From Heptranchias perlo (lineage: Eukaryota), in NCBI RefSeq assembly GCF_035084215.1, contig NC_090341.1, positions 50,654,001 to 50,718,000 of the forward strand: DNA of 64,000 nucleotides. Reading direction: 5' to 3'. A program made the translations under genes and the position numbers. The notes under the pieces were generated by a model, which saw nothing but the letters and a program-made list of their open reading frames with translations, searched no databases and was not told the origin of the DNA. This document shows, piece after piece, positions 36,254 through 49,640 of this stretch (position 1 is the stretch's first letter; every line of letters starts with the position of its first letter).

Positions 36254-38378
36254 CAGGGTTGCCAACTCTGGTTGGACATATTCCTGGAGGTTTCATCATG
36301 TGACCTCCTGCCTCCAACCACCCCACCCCCACGATCCCGCCATTGGTCACCCGACACGTCCATCCTCACAATGCACCGTCTTCCCACGATGATTGGAAAA
36401 TGAACAGACTCTTCGTTACCCCATCGGATGATTCTTGACTGTCAGTCAAACAGACTTTTCTCCCTATCTCCAATATTATTATAATTAATAAATGAAAATG
36501 TTTTAAAGAAAATGAAAAGACTTTTTTTTAATGCTCCTGTGTTTTTTCTCCCAGGTTGCATGCAGCAGCAACAACAACAACAATAACTTGCATTTATATA
36601 GCACCTTTAATGTAGTAAAACATCCCAATGCACATCACAGGAGCGATTATCAAACAAAATTTGACACCGAGCCACATAAGGAGATATTAGGACAGGTGAC
36701 TAAAGCTTGGTCAAAGAGGTGGGTTTTAAGCAGCGTCACAAAGGAGAAGAGAGAGGTAGAGAAGTTTAGGGAGGGAATTACAGAGCTTAGGGCCTAGGCA
36801 GCTGAAGGCACGGCCGCCAATGGTGGAGCAATTAAAATCGGGGATCCACAGGAGGCCAGAATTGGAGGAGCGCAGAGATCTCGGAGGGTTGTAGGGCTGG
36901 AGGAGGTTACAGAGATAGGGAAGGGTGTGGCCCTGGAGGGATTGGAAAACGAGGTTGAGAATTTTGAAATCGAGGCTTTGGTGGACTGGGAGTAAATGTA
37001 GGTCAGCGAGCACAGGGGTGATGGGTACACGGGACTTGGTGCGAGTTATATAAGGGCAGCAGAGTTTATGGAGGATGGAAGATGGAAGGCCGGACAAGAG
37101 AGCATTGGAATAGTCAAGTGTAGAGGTAACAAAGAAATGGATGGAAGTTTCAAAGGCAGATGAGCTGACGCAGGGGCGGAGATGGGCGATGTTATGGAGG
37201 TGGAAGTAGGCGGTCTTGGTGATGGAGCAGATATATGGTCGGAAACTCATCTCAGGGTCAGTCTGGTTCAGCCTCAGACAGTGGTCAGGGAGAGGGATGG
37301 GAGTCGTGGCTAGGGAACGGAGTTTGTGGCGGGGACCGAAGATGATGGCTTTGGTCTTCCCAGCGTTTAATTGGAGGAAATTTCTGCTCATCCAGTACTG
37401 GATCAGAGACAAGCAGCGTGACAAATCAAAGGCAGCGGAGGGGTCGAGGGAGGTGGTGGTGAGGTAGAGCTGGGTGTCATCAGCGTACATGTGGAACCTG
37501 ACATTGTGTTTTCATATGATGTTGCCGAGGGGCAGCACATAGATGAGAAAAAGAGGCGGCCAAGGATAGAGCCTTGGGGGACTCCAGAGGTAACAGTGCG
37601 GGAGTGGGAAGAAAAGCCATTGCAGGAGATTCTCTGGCTAGATAAGAATGGAACCAGGCGAGCGCAGTCCCACCCAGCTGGACAACGGAGGAGAGGCGTT
37701 GGAGGAGAATGGTGTGGACAACCGTGTCAAAAGCTGCAGACAGGTCAAGAAGGATGAGGAGGGATAGTTTACCACAGTCACAGTCACATAGGATGTCATT
37801 TGTGACTTTGATAAGGGCCATTTCATTGCTGTGGCAGGGGCGGAAACCTGATTGGAGAGGTTCAAACATGGAGTTGCAGGAAAGATGTGCATGGATTTGG
37901 GAGGCAACAACATGTTCAAGGACTTTGGAGAGGAAAGGGAGGTTGGAGATGTGGTGGTAGTTTGCAATGACAGAGGGGTCAAGGGTGTGTTTTTTGAAGA
38001 GGGGTTTGATGATGGGGAGAGGGACAGTACCTGAGGAGAGGGAACCATTAACAATATCAGCTAGCATGGGGGCCAGGAAGGGAAATTGGGTGGCAGAGTT
38101 TGGTGGGAATAGGGCCAAGAGAGCAGGAGATGGATCTCATGGACAATATGAGCTCGGAGATGGCATGAGGGGAGATAGGAGATAAACTAGAGAAAAATGC
38201 GAGTTCAGGACTAGGGCAGGGGGGAACCTTGGAGGAAGTTTGGCTCCGTGAGCTAAGGGAAAGGAGGGAAGTGGCAGAGGCAGCTGAACAGATGAGCTCA
38301 ATCTTAGTAGCAGTGTCCTTGAGATTAATCCATAATTCGTGGAGCCTCCTAGACAATCCTGGAGGGTTGGCAACCCTA
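36254..38378 (+). mobile_element. hAT-type MITE (36254-36568 and 38307-38378) split by L2
   Basis: TIRs CAGGGTTGCCAAC / GTTGGCAACCCTA; perfect 8-bp TSD GTTCATTC at 36246-36253 and 38379-38386. Confidence 0.88.
36569..38306 (-). mobile_element. L2-clade LINE, 5'-truncated, inactive
   Basis: QSGFRPCHS, LDLSAAFDTV and YADDTQLY motifs; (TTG)n tail; TSD-like GCAGCAG/GTAGCAG. Confidence 0.92.
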
Positions 38379-38386
38379 GTTCATTC

Positions 38387-38615
38387 ACCATGGCGATTAG
38401 TTGGAGTAAGCAGGGGAGTCAGGTGGAATTTTTTCTGCCAAAGGGTGTTAGAGTTGCGAAGGATATTGAAGTGGACAGTGTAAAAGGAATCAAGACACAA
38501 TTAGATGTGTTTCTGGAGAGAGAAGGGATTGTGGGATATAGTGAGAAGGTGGGTAGCTGATCAGTGATGAAAAGGATGAAGTTTTTGGGCCGAATGTCCT
38601 TTCCCCACTCTTAAA
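38387..38615 (+). mobile_element. Old CR1 3' fragment (5' part at about 36185-36253)
   Basis: VRWNFFCQRV motif and a degenerate GGGCCGAATG tail. Confidence 0.6.
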
Positions 38616-38794
38616 GATTATGGTCCTGAAAATCCGTGGACCAGCATACCTCCACCGACTGAGGGGAGGCCTCACGATTGACATGCCTTTAGCAGGCCTG
38701 GGACGCACCTAGAACATCCAGCTGAAGGATCCCAGGCTGAGAGGGGTGTCGGGCCCCCAAGAAGAAATATGTAGGTGTCCTCCACAATTGGAAT

Positions 38795-40548
38795 TGAAGA
38801 TCAGGAAATGGCAGACTTACTAAATAGCTACCTTATATCGGTCTTCACAGTAGAGGATGAGGATAAAGTACCAGGGATACAAGCAAAACTAAAAATAAAC
38901 CAAGGGAGTTGAACTAACTAGATTCAATATAAGTTTAAAAAAATGGTGATGGAGAAACTAATGAGATTAAAGATGGACAAATCCCCAGGAGCCGGTGGTT
39001 CCACCTCAGGGTATTAAAATAAGAAGGTGAGGAAATTAGTGATGGATTAGTGATGATCTTCCAAAACTCTCTCGATTCAGGAATTGTCCCCATGGATTGG
39101 AAAATGGACAATGTCACTCCATTATTTAAGAAGAGTAGGAGAGATAAATTAGGAAACTATAGGCCTATTAGTCTAACATCAGTTGTAGGGAATCTGTTAC
39201 TAGAATCTGTTATTACGGACAGAGTGACTGAGCATTTGGACAAATATGAGCTGATCAGAGAGAGCCAGCATGGATCTGTAAAGGGTAAGTCACGTCTAAC
39301 GAACCTAGTTGAATTTTTTGAGGAGGTCACTAATGTGGTAGGTAAGTGAGTGACTATGGATGTTATTTATATGGACTTCCAGGAGGCATTCGACAAGGTT
39401 CCACACAAGAGACTGATAACAAAAATGAGAGTGCATGGAATTGGAGGCAATCTATTGGCCTGGATAGGGAATTATTTAGGAGGTAGGAGACAGAGAGTAA
39501 GGATAATGGGTGTGTACTCCAATTGGCAGGACATGACTAGTGGTGTCCCCCAGGGATCTGTACTGGGGCCTCAGCTTTTCACTATATTTAGAAATGACTT
39601 AGATGAAGTAATAGAGATCTGTATATCTAAGTTTGCTGACGACACTAAGTTTGGTGGCACAGTAAATAGTGTAGATGGGAGCAGGATGTTGCAAAGGGAC
39701 ATTGACAGATTAAGTGAGTGGGTAAAACTGTGGCAGATGGAGTTCAATGTAGGAAAGTGTGAGGTCATTCACTTTGGACCCAAGAAAGATAGATCAGAGT
39801 ATTTTCTAAATGAAGAGAAGCTACGAATTGTGGATGAGCAGAGAGATTTAAGGGTCCAAACATAGAAATCACTAAAAGCTAGTGGAAAGGTTCAAAAAAT
39901 AATTTAAAAGGCTAATGGAATGTTGGCCTTATATGAAGGGGACTGGAATACAAAGGGGTGGAAGTTATGTTACAGCTGTACAGAGCTCTGGTCAGACCCC
40001 ATCTGGAGTACTGCGTTCAATTCTGGGCACCGTACGTCAGGAAGGATATATTGGCCTTGGAGGGGGTGCAGCACAGATTCACCAGAATGATACAAGTGCT
40101 AAAAGGGTTAAATTATGAGGACAGGTTGCATAGACTAGGCTTGTATTCCCTTGAGTATAGAAGATTAAGGGGCAATCTAATTGAGGTGGTTAAGATGATT
40201 AAAGGATTTGATAGGGTAGATAGAGAGAAACTATTTCCCCTAATGGGGGAGTCCAGAACAACGAGGCATAACCTTAAAATTAGGGCTAGGCCGTTGATGT
40301 CAGGAAGCATTTCTTCACACAATGGGTAGTGGAAATCTGGAACTCGCTCCCCCAAAAAATCTGTTGAGGCTGGGGGTCAATCGAAAATTTCAAAACTGAG
40401 ATTGATAGATTTTTGATGGGCAAGGGTATTAAGGGTTACGGAACCAAGGCAGGTCGGTGAAATTAAGATACAAATCAGCCATGATCTAATTGAAAGGAGG
40501 AATGGGCTTGGGGGACTGAACGGCCTATTCCTGTTCCTATGTTCCTAT
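38795..40548 (+). mobile_element. CR1 LINE, 5'-truncated RT plus tail, inactive
   Basis: [26 protein letters not shown] and LVRPHLEYCVQFW; stops and frameshifts; flanked by GC-rich MITE-like halves (38622-38794, 40549-40790). Confidence 0.92.
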
Positions 40549-41056
40549 GACCCCCTTACAAAAGGAGCCACTTTTAAAACTTAAAAAAATTAAACTAGCT
40601 GCACAAATCTTTTGAGGGTCCAGGCTATAATCCTAGCCTGCACCTCAGGTGGGCTCCCCATCCACCCAGACGAATCGGCATCGACCAAGGAGGCCCAGGA
40701 AGCGGGAACTCCGACGCGCCTTTAACTCAATTGCCCGCCAGCCCCCCCACCGCCACATAAAGTCAACTCGGAAACCAGGGCCTTCAGGTCCCAACCTAGT
40801 TACCAGCCATTCTGAGTGGCTCCCCACTGAAGTTATGGTGGGAATCCAAGGAACAAGTGTGGATTATCAGGGGGTCCTATGTTCTTTTTAATGTTCTCAT
40901 AGCGTCCCCCAGTGCCTTCAGTTTTTGTTTCCTTGGAGCAAGGCCCATGACCAGATATTGGACAGTGAATCTTCTGCTGGGTTCTCCCCATGCTGCTCCA
41001 GAGGAGAGCGAGAGTGGATTGAGGTGACTCCTCCTGCTATTTTCATTCCCTCCCTG

Positions 41057-41450
41057 TAACAACAACAACTTGCATTTATATAGCACCTTTAACATAGTAA
41101 AACGTTCCAAGGCGCTTCACAGAAGTGCAATCAAATAAAATTTGATATTGAGCCACATGAAGAGATATTAGGACAGGTGACCAAAAGCTTGGTCAAAGAG
41201 GTTGGTTTTAAGAAGCGTCTTAAAGGAGGAGAAAAAAGTAGAGAAGTGGAGAGGTTCAGGGAGGGAATTGCACAGCTAAGGGTCTAGGCAGCTGAAGGCA
41301 CGGCCGCCAATGGCGGGGCGAAGGAAATCGGGGATGCGCAAGAGGCCAGAATTGGAGGAACACAGAGTTCTCGGGGGGTTGTAGGGCTGGAGGAGGTTAC
41401 AGAGATAGAGAGGGCAAGGGAATGGAGGGATTTGAACAGAAGCATGAGAA
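41057..41450 (-). mobile_element. L2 3' fragment
   Basis: Matches 36569-36960, including the (TTG)n tail. Confidence 0.85.
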
Positions 41451-42441
41451 CATTATTAAAGCACCCCCACACACCCCCTCCCCCTCCCCCCTACCCCCCC
41501 CCCCCAATTATGACAAGTTTGAGATCAGGATTTCACCATGCTGGGGAACTGTGAAATAAATCGAAAACCTGCACTGTTATAAAATCTAACCTGTCGCCTG
41601 CACTAATTTGCTTTTAACCAAAGTATCTACACCTACTTGAATTCCGTTGACTGCCTGGACGCAGTTCATAATTAGTAATTGTGATTGACGGTAGCTGTGT
41701 GTTATACCATGGATCAGAACATGATAGGGTCACAAAGGGTATTGCACTTTGGCCTATGAAACAGGTCGACTGCACCATTGCAATCGCAGAGCTAGGGGCA
41801 CATGAATAGAAAAACCCAAAGGAGGTCAGAGATTGGAAGGAGATTTGCAGAGAGCCATCGAGGAAACGCAGGATGAAGATGCATAGAATACAGAAAAGGT
41901 CCTCTCGTGACCTGGGAACCAATGTAAAACAAGAGACAGGTGAAGGCCACGGGGCATGGAGCAATTTGTTCGAGGCTTTGACAATCCCGAGAATCGAAGT
42001 GATGGAGCACTGTTATTATTTGCCTCCGTTGTCGGACTATGGAAATGTTTTGACTTGTCCCAAAGGATGATGGATGCCTTCAGTCACTGTGGCTCCCCTG
42101 AGGGGAAGGCTTTAATAGGTTGAAGTCCTGGAGCTTTGAGCTGACACCAATGACTCTGCAGTTACAGTACGTGCATTGTAACAGCTGCCTTGTTAATGGT
42201 GACATCCATTTATCCGAGAACATTTAATATGGCACTAATTAACTCTGTTACAATGACAAGGGCTACTCAGATACAGGGAGCGTTCTGCTCGACAAGAGAG
42301 ATGTTCCCATGAAAAGGTTGCCAGTATATCTGAGAAGTGACTAGCTGGGATGTTCTTTACTAAAGTATGTGTCTCTTTTTGCCCTAAAAGGACTTAACAC
42401 TAAGCTGCCCCTATCACTCTCTCTGAATCTCATTGGTTTCA

Positions 42442-42567
42442 GGTGTCAGCCATGTTAGTACCTCTAAGTCAGAAGGTTATGGGTTCAAGCCCCACTCCAA
42501 GGACTTGAGTACATTATCTTGCCTGATACCTCAAAGTAGTATGGAGGGAGGTGCCATCTTTCAGATG
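42442..42567 (+). mobile_element. Deu-domain SINE head, degenerate
   Basis: GGTGTCAGCC...GGGTTCAAGCCCCACTCC. Confidence 0.65.
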
Positions 42568-42693
42568 TGTAGTGACAAGGATTCTACATTTGGTCCCTGG
42601 GCCTTGTTACATTTACCTGGCTATTAGGCAGGCAAAGCTGCAACCTGGTCCATAGAGGATGAGAGGTCTGGTTACAGGAGTGGCTGCAGATCA

Positions 42694-43051
42694 TTTTTTT
42701 TATTCGTTCATGGGATGTGGGCATCGCTGGCAAGGCCAGCATTTATTGCCGATCCCTAATTGCCCTTGAGAAGGTGGTGGTGAGCTGCCTTCTTGAACCA
42801 CTGCAGTCTGTGTGGTGAAGGTTCTCCCACAGTGCTGTTAAGTAAGGGAGTTCCAGGATTTTGACCCAGCGACGATGAAGGAACGGCGATATATTTCCAA
42901 GTCAGGATGGTGTGTGACTTGGAGGGGAATGTGCAGGTGGTGGTGTTCCCATGCACCTGCTGCCCTTGTCCTTCTAGGTGGTAGAGGTCACGGGTTTGGG
43001 AGGTGCTGTCGAAGAAGCCTTGGCGAGTTGCTGCAGTGCATCTTGTAGATG
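42694..43051 (-). mobile_element. LINE family B 3' fragment
   Basis: Closely matches 503-815 and the reverse complement of 16860-17175. Confidence 0.87.
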
Positions 43052-43842
43052 TTGAACCAAAGGACAGGTCCTGTGTCGAAATTCAAGAACACAACAGTGA
43101 GACTCAGTGTCCCAGTGACTCCCTGTCCATCCCACTCAGTTTTGATGCTACATAAGCACAGCCTATTAATTCATCCCATTGGATAGGTGCATACTTATAC
43201 ATAGATACTTATAGATGGTCTCCTGCACTGGTTTCGATCACCTGAGGGGGTCGGAGAGCAATTTTCCAGGTTTTTTCTCCTATTGACCCTGGGGTTTTTC
43301 TCTCCCAGGAGATTACTTGGCTGCAGAGGGGGTTAGGATGTATCTAGTCAGGATGCTCCAGCCATCATGAGTGTGGGGCAGGCTTGATGGTCCAGCTGGT
43401 ATTTTCCTGCCCGTCATTTTCGAATGTTCATATACATACATATATATAGACCTATACACACACACACATACATATATATAGACCTATACACACACAGTTC
43501 AATGGGCAGACAGGCTAGGACATGTGGTGTGCACCATTTACAACTCAGGCACCAGTCCTCAACACCTCAAACTATGCCTGGCCTGGAAATCTCCTCCACA
43601 GGACCCTTAGTGTTCTGTCAGTCCTGAATTGCTCAGTTGGCCAGTTTTCCAAAGGCCTCTCTCTCCACCATCGTTAACAACTGGTGGATGGGCTATGCTT
43701 TTAGTATAGTTATACAGCGGCTCTTAGTACAATTTCAAATGATCTCATTATGTTGGTAGATACATGTAGTCAGTGACTCCTAACACTGTCTCAGTGGACT
43801 GGGCTGACTTCTAACCTGCTAGCAGAAGAGCATCTCCTAATG

Positions 43843-44220
43843 TAACAACAACAACTTGCATTTATATAGCGCCTTTAACGTCCCAACGCGCTTCACAGGA
43901 GCGTCATCAGACAAAACTTGACACCGAGCCCTATAAAGAGATATTAAGGACAGGTGACCAAAAGCTTGGTCAAAGAGGTGGGTTTTAAGAAGCATCTTAA
44001 AGGAGGAGAGAGAGGTGGAGAGGTTTAGGGAGGGAATTCCAGAGCTTAGGACCTAGGCAGCTGAAGGCACAGCCGCCAATAGAGGGGCAAAGGAAATCTG
44101 GGATGCACAAGAGGCCAGAATTGGAGGAACGCAGAGATCTCGGAGGGTTGTTGGGCTGGAGGAGGTTACAGAGATAGGGAGGAGCGGGGCCACGGAGGGA
44201 TTTGAACACAAGGATGAGGG
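43843..44220 (-). mobile_element. L2 3' fragment
   Basis: FKSLRGPAPPYLCNLLQP...RSLRSS plus tail. Confidence 0.85.
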
Positions 44221-44800
44221 TCTTCCAGTTGGATTCATTCAGTCTATGTCACCGAGTGGAATGTTTTGCTGTCACAGCCTTTCCCCCATCATTTAGCAAT
44301 TTGCCTTTTTGGCAATGGGCTCCTCCTGCTCCTGAAGTTATGCCTGGGAACATTTCCTGATACCTCATTCAAAGTTGCATTACTCTATCCTCATGGTGCT
44401 GTAGACAAAGTTCTCCAATTCTTCACTATCAGCTGCCTCTCCCTGTAGCACCCTGGGCAATAGACCTGCATTCGCACTGTTCTTCCCTCACTGGTACATG
44501 ACTTCGAATTGGTACTTGAGAAACTGGGTAGCTGCTGAATCTGGTCCTGGTGTTCGGTAGCCTGGGGGGTGGGGGGTGGGTCAGGACTGGTTGTCCATGT
44601 GACTTTGTCCCTGACAACTGAAGCTGCTGTATCTGCCCCACTCATCAAACCAATCATCAGCTTCCAGCCTGTCGCTTCGGCCTACCTCTGGGGTTGACCG
44701 CAGGTCCTTGACCCTTGTAGCCCTATTCCCATTGCAGCCGTGGCCCCCCTCGTCTCCTCGTGAAACGGCTCTAACCCCCAATCAACATCACTAAAAAAAA

Positions 44801-44931
44801 TCTCATCTGAAAGACAGCACAACACTCCCTCAATACTGCATTGGGAGTGTCAGCCTAGATTTTGTGCTCAAATCTCGAACCCACAAGCTTCAGACTCAGA
44901 GGAAAGAGCATTACCAACTGAGCCACAGCTC
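44801..44931 (-). mobile_element. Deu-domain SINE 5' fragment
   Basis: Reverse complement of the SINE head AGCTGTGGCTCAGTTGG. Confidence 0.7.
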
Positions 44932-45427
44932 TTAGTTGTCAACTGGCTACATTACTCTAGCTAATGTATGGATGGCACTTCGAAGGAGGCTGAGTCACTT
45001 CTGACAAGATGGATTGATTAACAAGTATCACAAGCAGCCAGCCTTTAAAGGTGGTGATCGGCCTGCCCGAAGGTTAGGTGACCACTCAGTGAAATAGTGA
45101 TCTATAATGCCTTATTTGACAGGTATTAACATTGTACCAGATAGTTTGAACCCTAGTTTTGATTGACGGCTTGATTTCATTTTGAAAGATACCCTTTTTG
45201 ATTATAGTTTTGTCTCAGTTCAGACGTCTAGGCAATAAAAGCGGTATCATGATTCTCAAGTTTCTCCAGTGGAGTTCGGCACCACCAGGCAGAGGACAAA
45301 CCGGGGCGAGCAGGAACACTCAGTGGGTTATCAATTTGGGAGCATGGGAATCGGCAGCTCGCTCCACACTCCACCAAGTTTTCTTTCCCAAAGCAGTCAA
45401 TGGAAAAGAAAATCTGGCGGAATGCAA

Positions 45428-45540
45428 AACATAGGAACAGGAGGAGACCATTCAGCCCCTCGAGCCTGTTCCGCCATTCAATTAGATCATGGCTGATCTG
45501 TATCTTAACTCCATCTACCCGCCTTGGTTCCGTAACCCTT
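45428..45540 (-). mobile_element. CR1 3' tail
   Basis: Reverse complement of the 27640-27748 tail. Confidence 0.8.
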
Positions 45541-45701
45541 ACCTGCATAAACGGGCTCCCGATTCGCAATCACCTCTTTTGCATTACTGCCCAAGAATTT
45601 ATACCCCAGTGGTCCTTGTTTTCACAAATCAAGTTTGTCCTACAGATGTTGATCCAAATTAAGTGTTATTACAGATCAGTAAACGTTGATGCAAAAGAGA
45701 T

Positions 45702-46099
45702 AAAGAAAGACTTGCATTTCTATAGTGCCTTTCGTGACCCCAAAGCGCTTTACATCCAATGAAGTACTTTTTTGAAGTGTAGTCACTGTTGTAATGTAGG
45801 AAACGTAGCAGAAAATTTGCACACAGCAAGATCCCACAAACAGCAATGTGATAATGACCAGATAATCTGTTTTAGGCGTTTGTTGAGGGACAAATCCCCT
45901 GCACTTCTTCGAACCAGTGCCATGGAATCTTTTATATCCACCGTGGGAGCAGATGGAGCCTCAGTCTAACGTCTCATCCAAAAGACAGAACCTCCAACTC
46001 AAGTATCAGCCTAGATTTTATACTCAAATCTGTGGAGCAAGGCTTGAACACAACCTTCTGATTTAGAGGGTAAGAGGGCTATCCACTGAGCCACAGCTT
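45702..46099 (-). mobile_element. Deu-domain SINE
   Basis: Reverse-complement match with internal deletions. Confidence 0.82.
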
Positions 46100-47126
46100 A
46101 ATTAGCTGTCTGTCTAATTCAAAAGAAGCTGCCAATCAAGCACATAAGGGGAATTTTAACTCAGTGGGAAAGGAGCGGGGGAGCAGTTAAAATTGAGATA
46201 TTCCATTTCCCACTCCGTTCCCACTGGTTCCCAATTTTAACACCGCTGGTTTTGGCAGAGGATGAGGCTCCTGCCGGACTCTGGGAGGAGCCTCATTAAT
46301 AAATGCAAATTGGGGTCATAAGAAACAGGAGCAGGAGTAGGCCATATGGCCCCTCGAGCTTGCTCCACCATTCAATAAGATCATGGCTGATCTACTCAAC
46401 TCGACTTTCCCGCCCTATCCCCATATCAATTGATTCCCCTAGTGTTCAAAACTCTATTGATTTCAGCCTTGAATATATTCAGTGGCTCAGCATCCACAGC
46501 CCACTGGGGTAGAGAATTCCAAAGATTCACAACCCTCCGAGTGAAGAAATTTTTCCTCATCTCAGTCCTAAATGGCCCCTAGTCCTAGACTCTCCAGCCT
46601 GAGGAAACAGCATATATCCTGGCAAGCCCTCTCAGAATCTTATACGTTTCAATGAAATCACCTCTCATTCTTCTAAACTACAGAGAGTATAGGCCCAATT
46701 TACTCAATCTTTCCTCATAGGACTACCCTCTCATCCCAGGAATCAATCTAGTGAACCTTCGTTGCACTCCCTCTAAGACAAGTATATCCTTCCTCAGTAC
46801 ACCAGGTGTGGTCTCACCAGAGCCCTATATAATTGCAGCAAGACCTCCTTACTCTTGTACTCCAACCCCCTTGCAATAAAGGCTGACATACCATTTGCCT
46901 TCCTAATTACTTGCTGTACCTGCACGTTAACTTTCTGTGATTCATGTACAAGGACACCCAAATCCCTCTGAGTACCGACATTTCTTAGTCTCTCACCTTG
47001 TAAAAAATATTCTGCTTTTCTATTCTTCCCACCAAAGTGGATAATTTCACATTTCCCCACATTATACTCCATCTGCCACCTCTTGTCCACTCACTTAACC
47101 TGTCGCTATCCCTGGGCAGACTCTTT

Positions 47127-49640
47127 GGGCTCGATTTTAAAAGTAAAAAAAGGGTGACTTGGGGACAGGGGGGTGCATTGAAAATTGCCACCATTTCAGA
47201 CCCGCCCCCAACCCGCCCATTTCCGGTTTTCATGGGGGTGAGATGTGGGGCGGGCGGCTAACCCACTCCCAGGAGTCGGGTCAGGCCTTAAAACCTTTCA
47301 AGGAGGCTCTAGGCCTCCATTTTTCACTAATTATCGATTTCAACCCTGGGGGACCAGGACTCCTGGGCCTTCTGTTTTACGTCTCGTGAAAGGAGGCGAG
47401 AAGGCCCGAGACTGCAGATCAGTGCCTAGAAAGCCACTTGTGGGCCCGGAGGAGCAGGAGTGCTTCCCCCAGGCCCAACAAGCCTACCTGCACTGAGCCC
47501 CCCGCCTCGACCACGGAACCCCCTCCCGATCACGGATCCCTGACCCCGACCCCCAACCTCCGACCCCGATCCCAACCCCGATCCTCCGACCCTCGACCCC
47601 AATCCTCTGACCCCTACCATGACCCTGATCCTCCAACCCCGACCCCGATCGTCCGACCCCGATCCTCTGATCCTCCAACCCCGACCCCAATCCTCCAACA
47701 CCGACCCCGATCCTCCGATCCCGATCCTGAACCGTGACCCCGATCCTCCGACCCCGACCCCGATCCTCCGATCCCGATCCTCCGACCCCGACCCCGATCC
47801 TGAACCGTGACCCCGATCCTCCGACCCCGACCCCGATCCTCCGACCCCGATCCTCCGACCCCGACCCCGATCCTCCGATCCCGATCCTCCGACCCCGACC
47901 CCGATCCCCCGATCCTCTGATCCTCCAACCCCGATCCCCCGATCCTCCGACCCCGACCCCGATCCTCTGATCCTCCATCATCAGCCCCAATCCTTCGACC
48001 TCAACCCCGATCCCCCGACCTCGATCCTCCGACTCTGATCCACCGATCTCGATCCTCTGACCCCAATCCTCCGACCCCGACCCCGATCCTCCGACCCCGA
48101 CCCCGATCCTCCGACCCCGACCCCGATCCTCCGACCTCGATCCCCCGACCCCGATCCTCCGACCCCGACCCCGATCCTCCGACCTCGATCCCCCGACCCC
48201 GATCCTCCGACCCCGACCCCGATCCTCCGACCTCAACCCCGATGCTCCGACTCCGATCCCCCGACTTCGATCCTCCAACCTCTATCCCCCACCCCCAATC
48301 CACCGACCCTGACCCAACCCCGCGACCCTGATCCTCGGACCCCAATCCTCGGTCCCCGACCCCGATCCTCCAACCCCGATCCCCCGACCCCGATCCTCGG
48401 ACCCCAATCCTCCGACCCCGACCCCAATCCTCCGACCCCGATCCCCCGACCCCGATCCTCGGACCCCAATCCCCCGACCCCGATCCCCCAACCCCGATCC
48501 CCCGACCCCGATCCCCCGACCCCGATCCCCCGACCCCGATCCCCCGACCCCGATCCCCCGACCCCGATCCCCCGACCCCGATCCCCCGACCCCGATCCTC
48601 CGACCCCGATCTTCCGGCCTCGATCCCCTGACCCCGATCCTCCAACCCTGAACCAACCCCCCAATCCCGATCCTCGGACCCCGATCCTCCAATCCCGACC
48701 CCGATCCCCCGACCCCGATCCCCCGACCCCGATCCCACGACTCCGATCCTGCGACTCCGATCCCCCCGATCCCGATCTTCTAACCCCGATCCCCAATCCT
48801 GATTACCCGACCCCGATGCTCCGACCCCGATCCCCCAACTCCGATCCCGATCCTCCGACCCCGATCCCCGACCCCGATCCCCCGACCCTGATCCTCCGAC
48901 CCCAACCCCGATCCTCCGACCCCGACTCTCTGACCCCGATCCTCCGACCCCGACTCTCTGACCCCGATCCCCGACCCCGATCCCCCGACCCCGATCCTCC
49001 GACCCCGACTCTCTGACCCCGATCCCCGACCCCGATCCCCCGACCCTGATCCTCCGACCCCAACCCTGATCCTCCGACCCCGACTCTCTGACCCCGATCC
49101 TCCGACCCCGACTCTCTGACCCCGATCCCCGACCCCGATCCCCCGACCCCGATCCTCCGACCCCGACTCTCTGACCCCGATCCCCGATCCCGATCCCCCG
49201 ACCCTGATCCTCCGACCCCAACCCCGATCCTCCGACCCCGACTCTCTGACCCCGATCCTCCGACCCCGATCCCCCGACCCTGATCCTCCGACCCCGACTC
49301 TCTGACCCCGATCCTCCGACCCCGATCCCCCGACCCCGATCCCTTGACCCCGATCCTCCACCTCCCGTACGCAACCCCGTGCCTACCTATGCCCACCCGT
49401 ACACCTTGCCCACCGGTGCCCACCGTGTCCACCCATGCTCCCCGTGCCCCTCCCCCCATCCATACAAACAAAGACTTATCCGCAGACTTACCTGAAGATG
49501 TCCTCTCCCTGGATAGTCTCCGACTGAGGCCAGTCTGTCAATCAGCCGTTCAGTCGGACGGGAAACCGACAAAAAAAATAAAAGATGTCCTTACGTCAAA
49601 ATCGTAAGAATGTCCAGGAAACCCGTACTAATGGGTTTCC
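47127..49640. mobile_element. GC-rich MITE-like element with an expanded internal minisatellite
   Basis: Begins GGGCTCGATTTTAA directly at the CR1 breakpoint. Confidence 0.55.
47520..49360. repeat. GC-rich minisatellite based on GACCCC / GATCCTCC units
   Basis: Variants GACCCCGATCCTCC, GACCCCGATCCCCC and GACCCCGACTCTCT over about 1.8 kb. Confidence 0.95.

Noticed and set aside
41614-42070. Overlapping ORFs in a unique stretch
   Set aside because: No family motifs or consistent splice-frame structure on either strand.
47484-49471. Long Gly/Arg/Ser-rich ORFs up to 457 aa
   Set aside because: They are translations of the GC-rich minisatellite, open in several frames at once, with no domain or gene structure.
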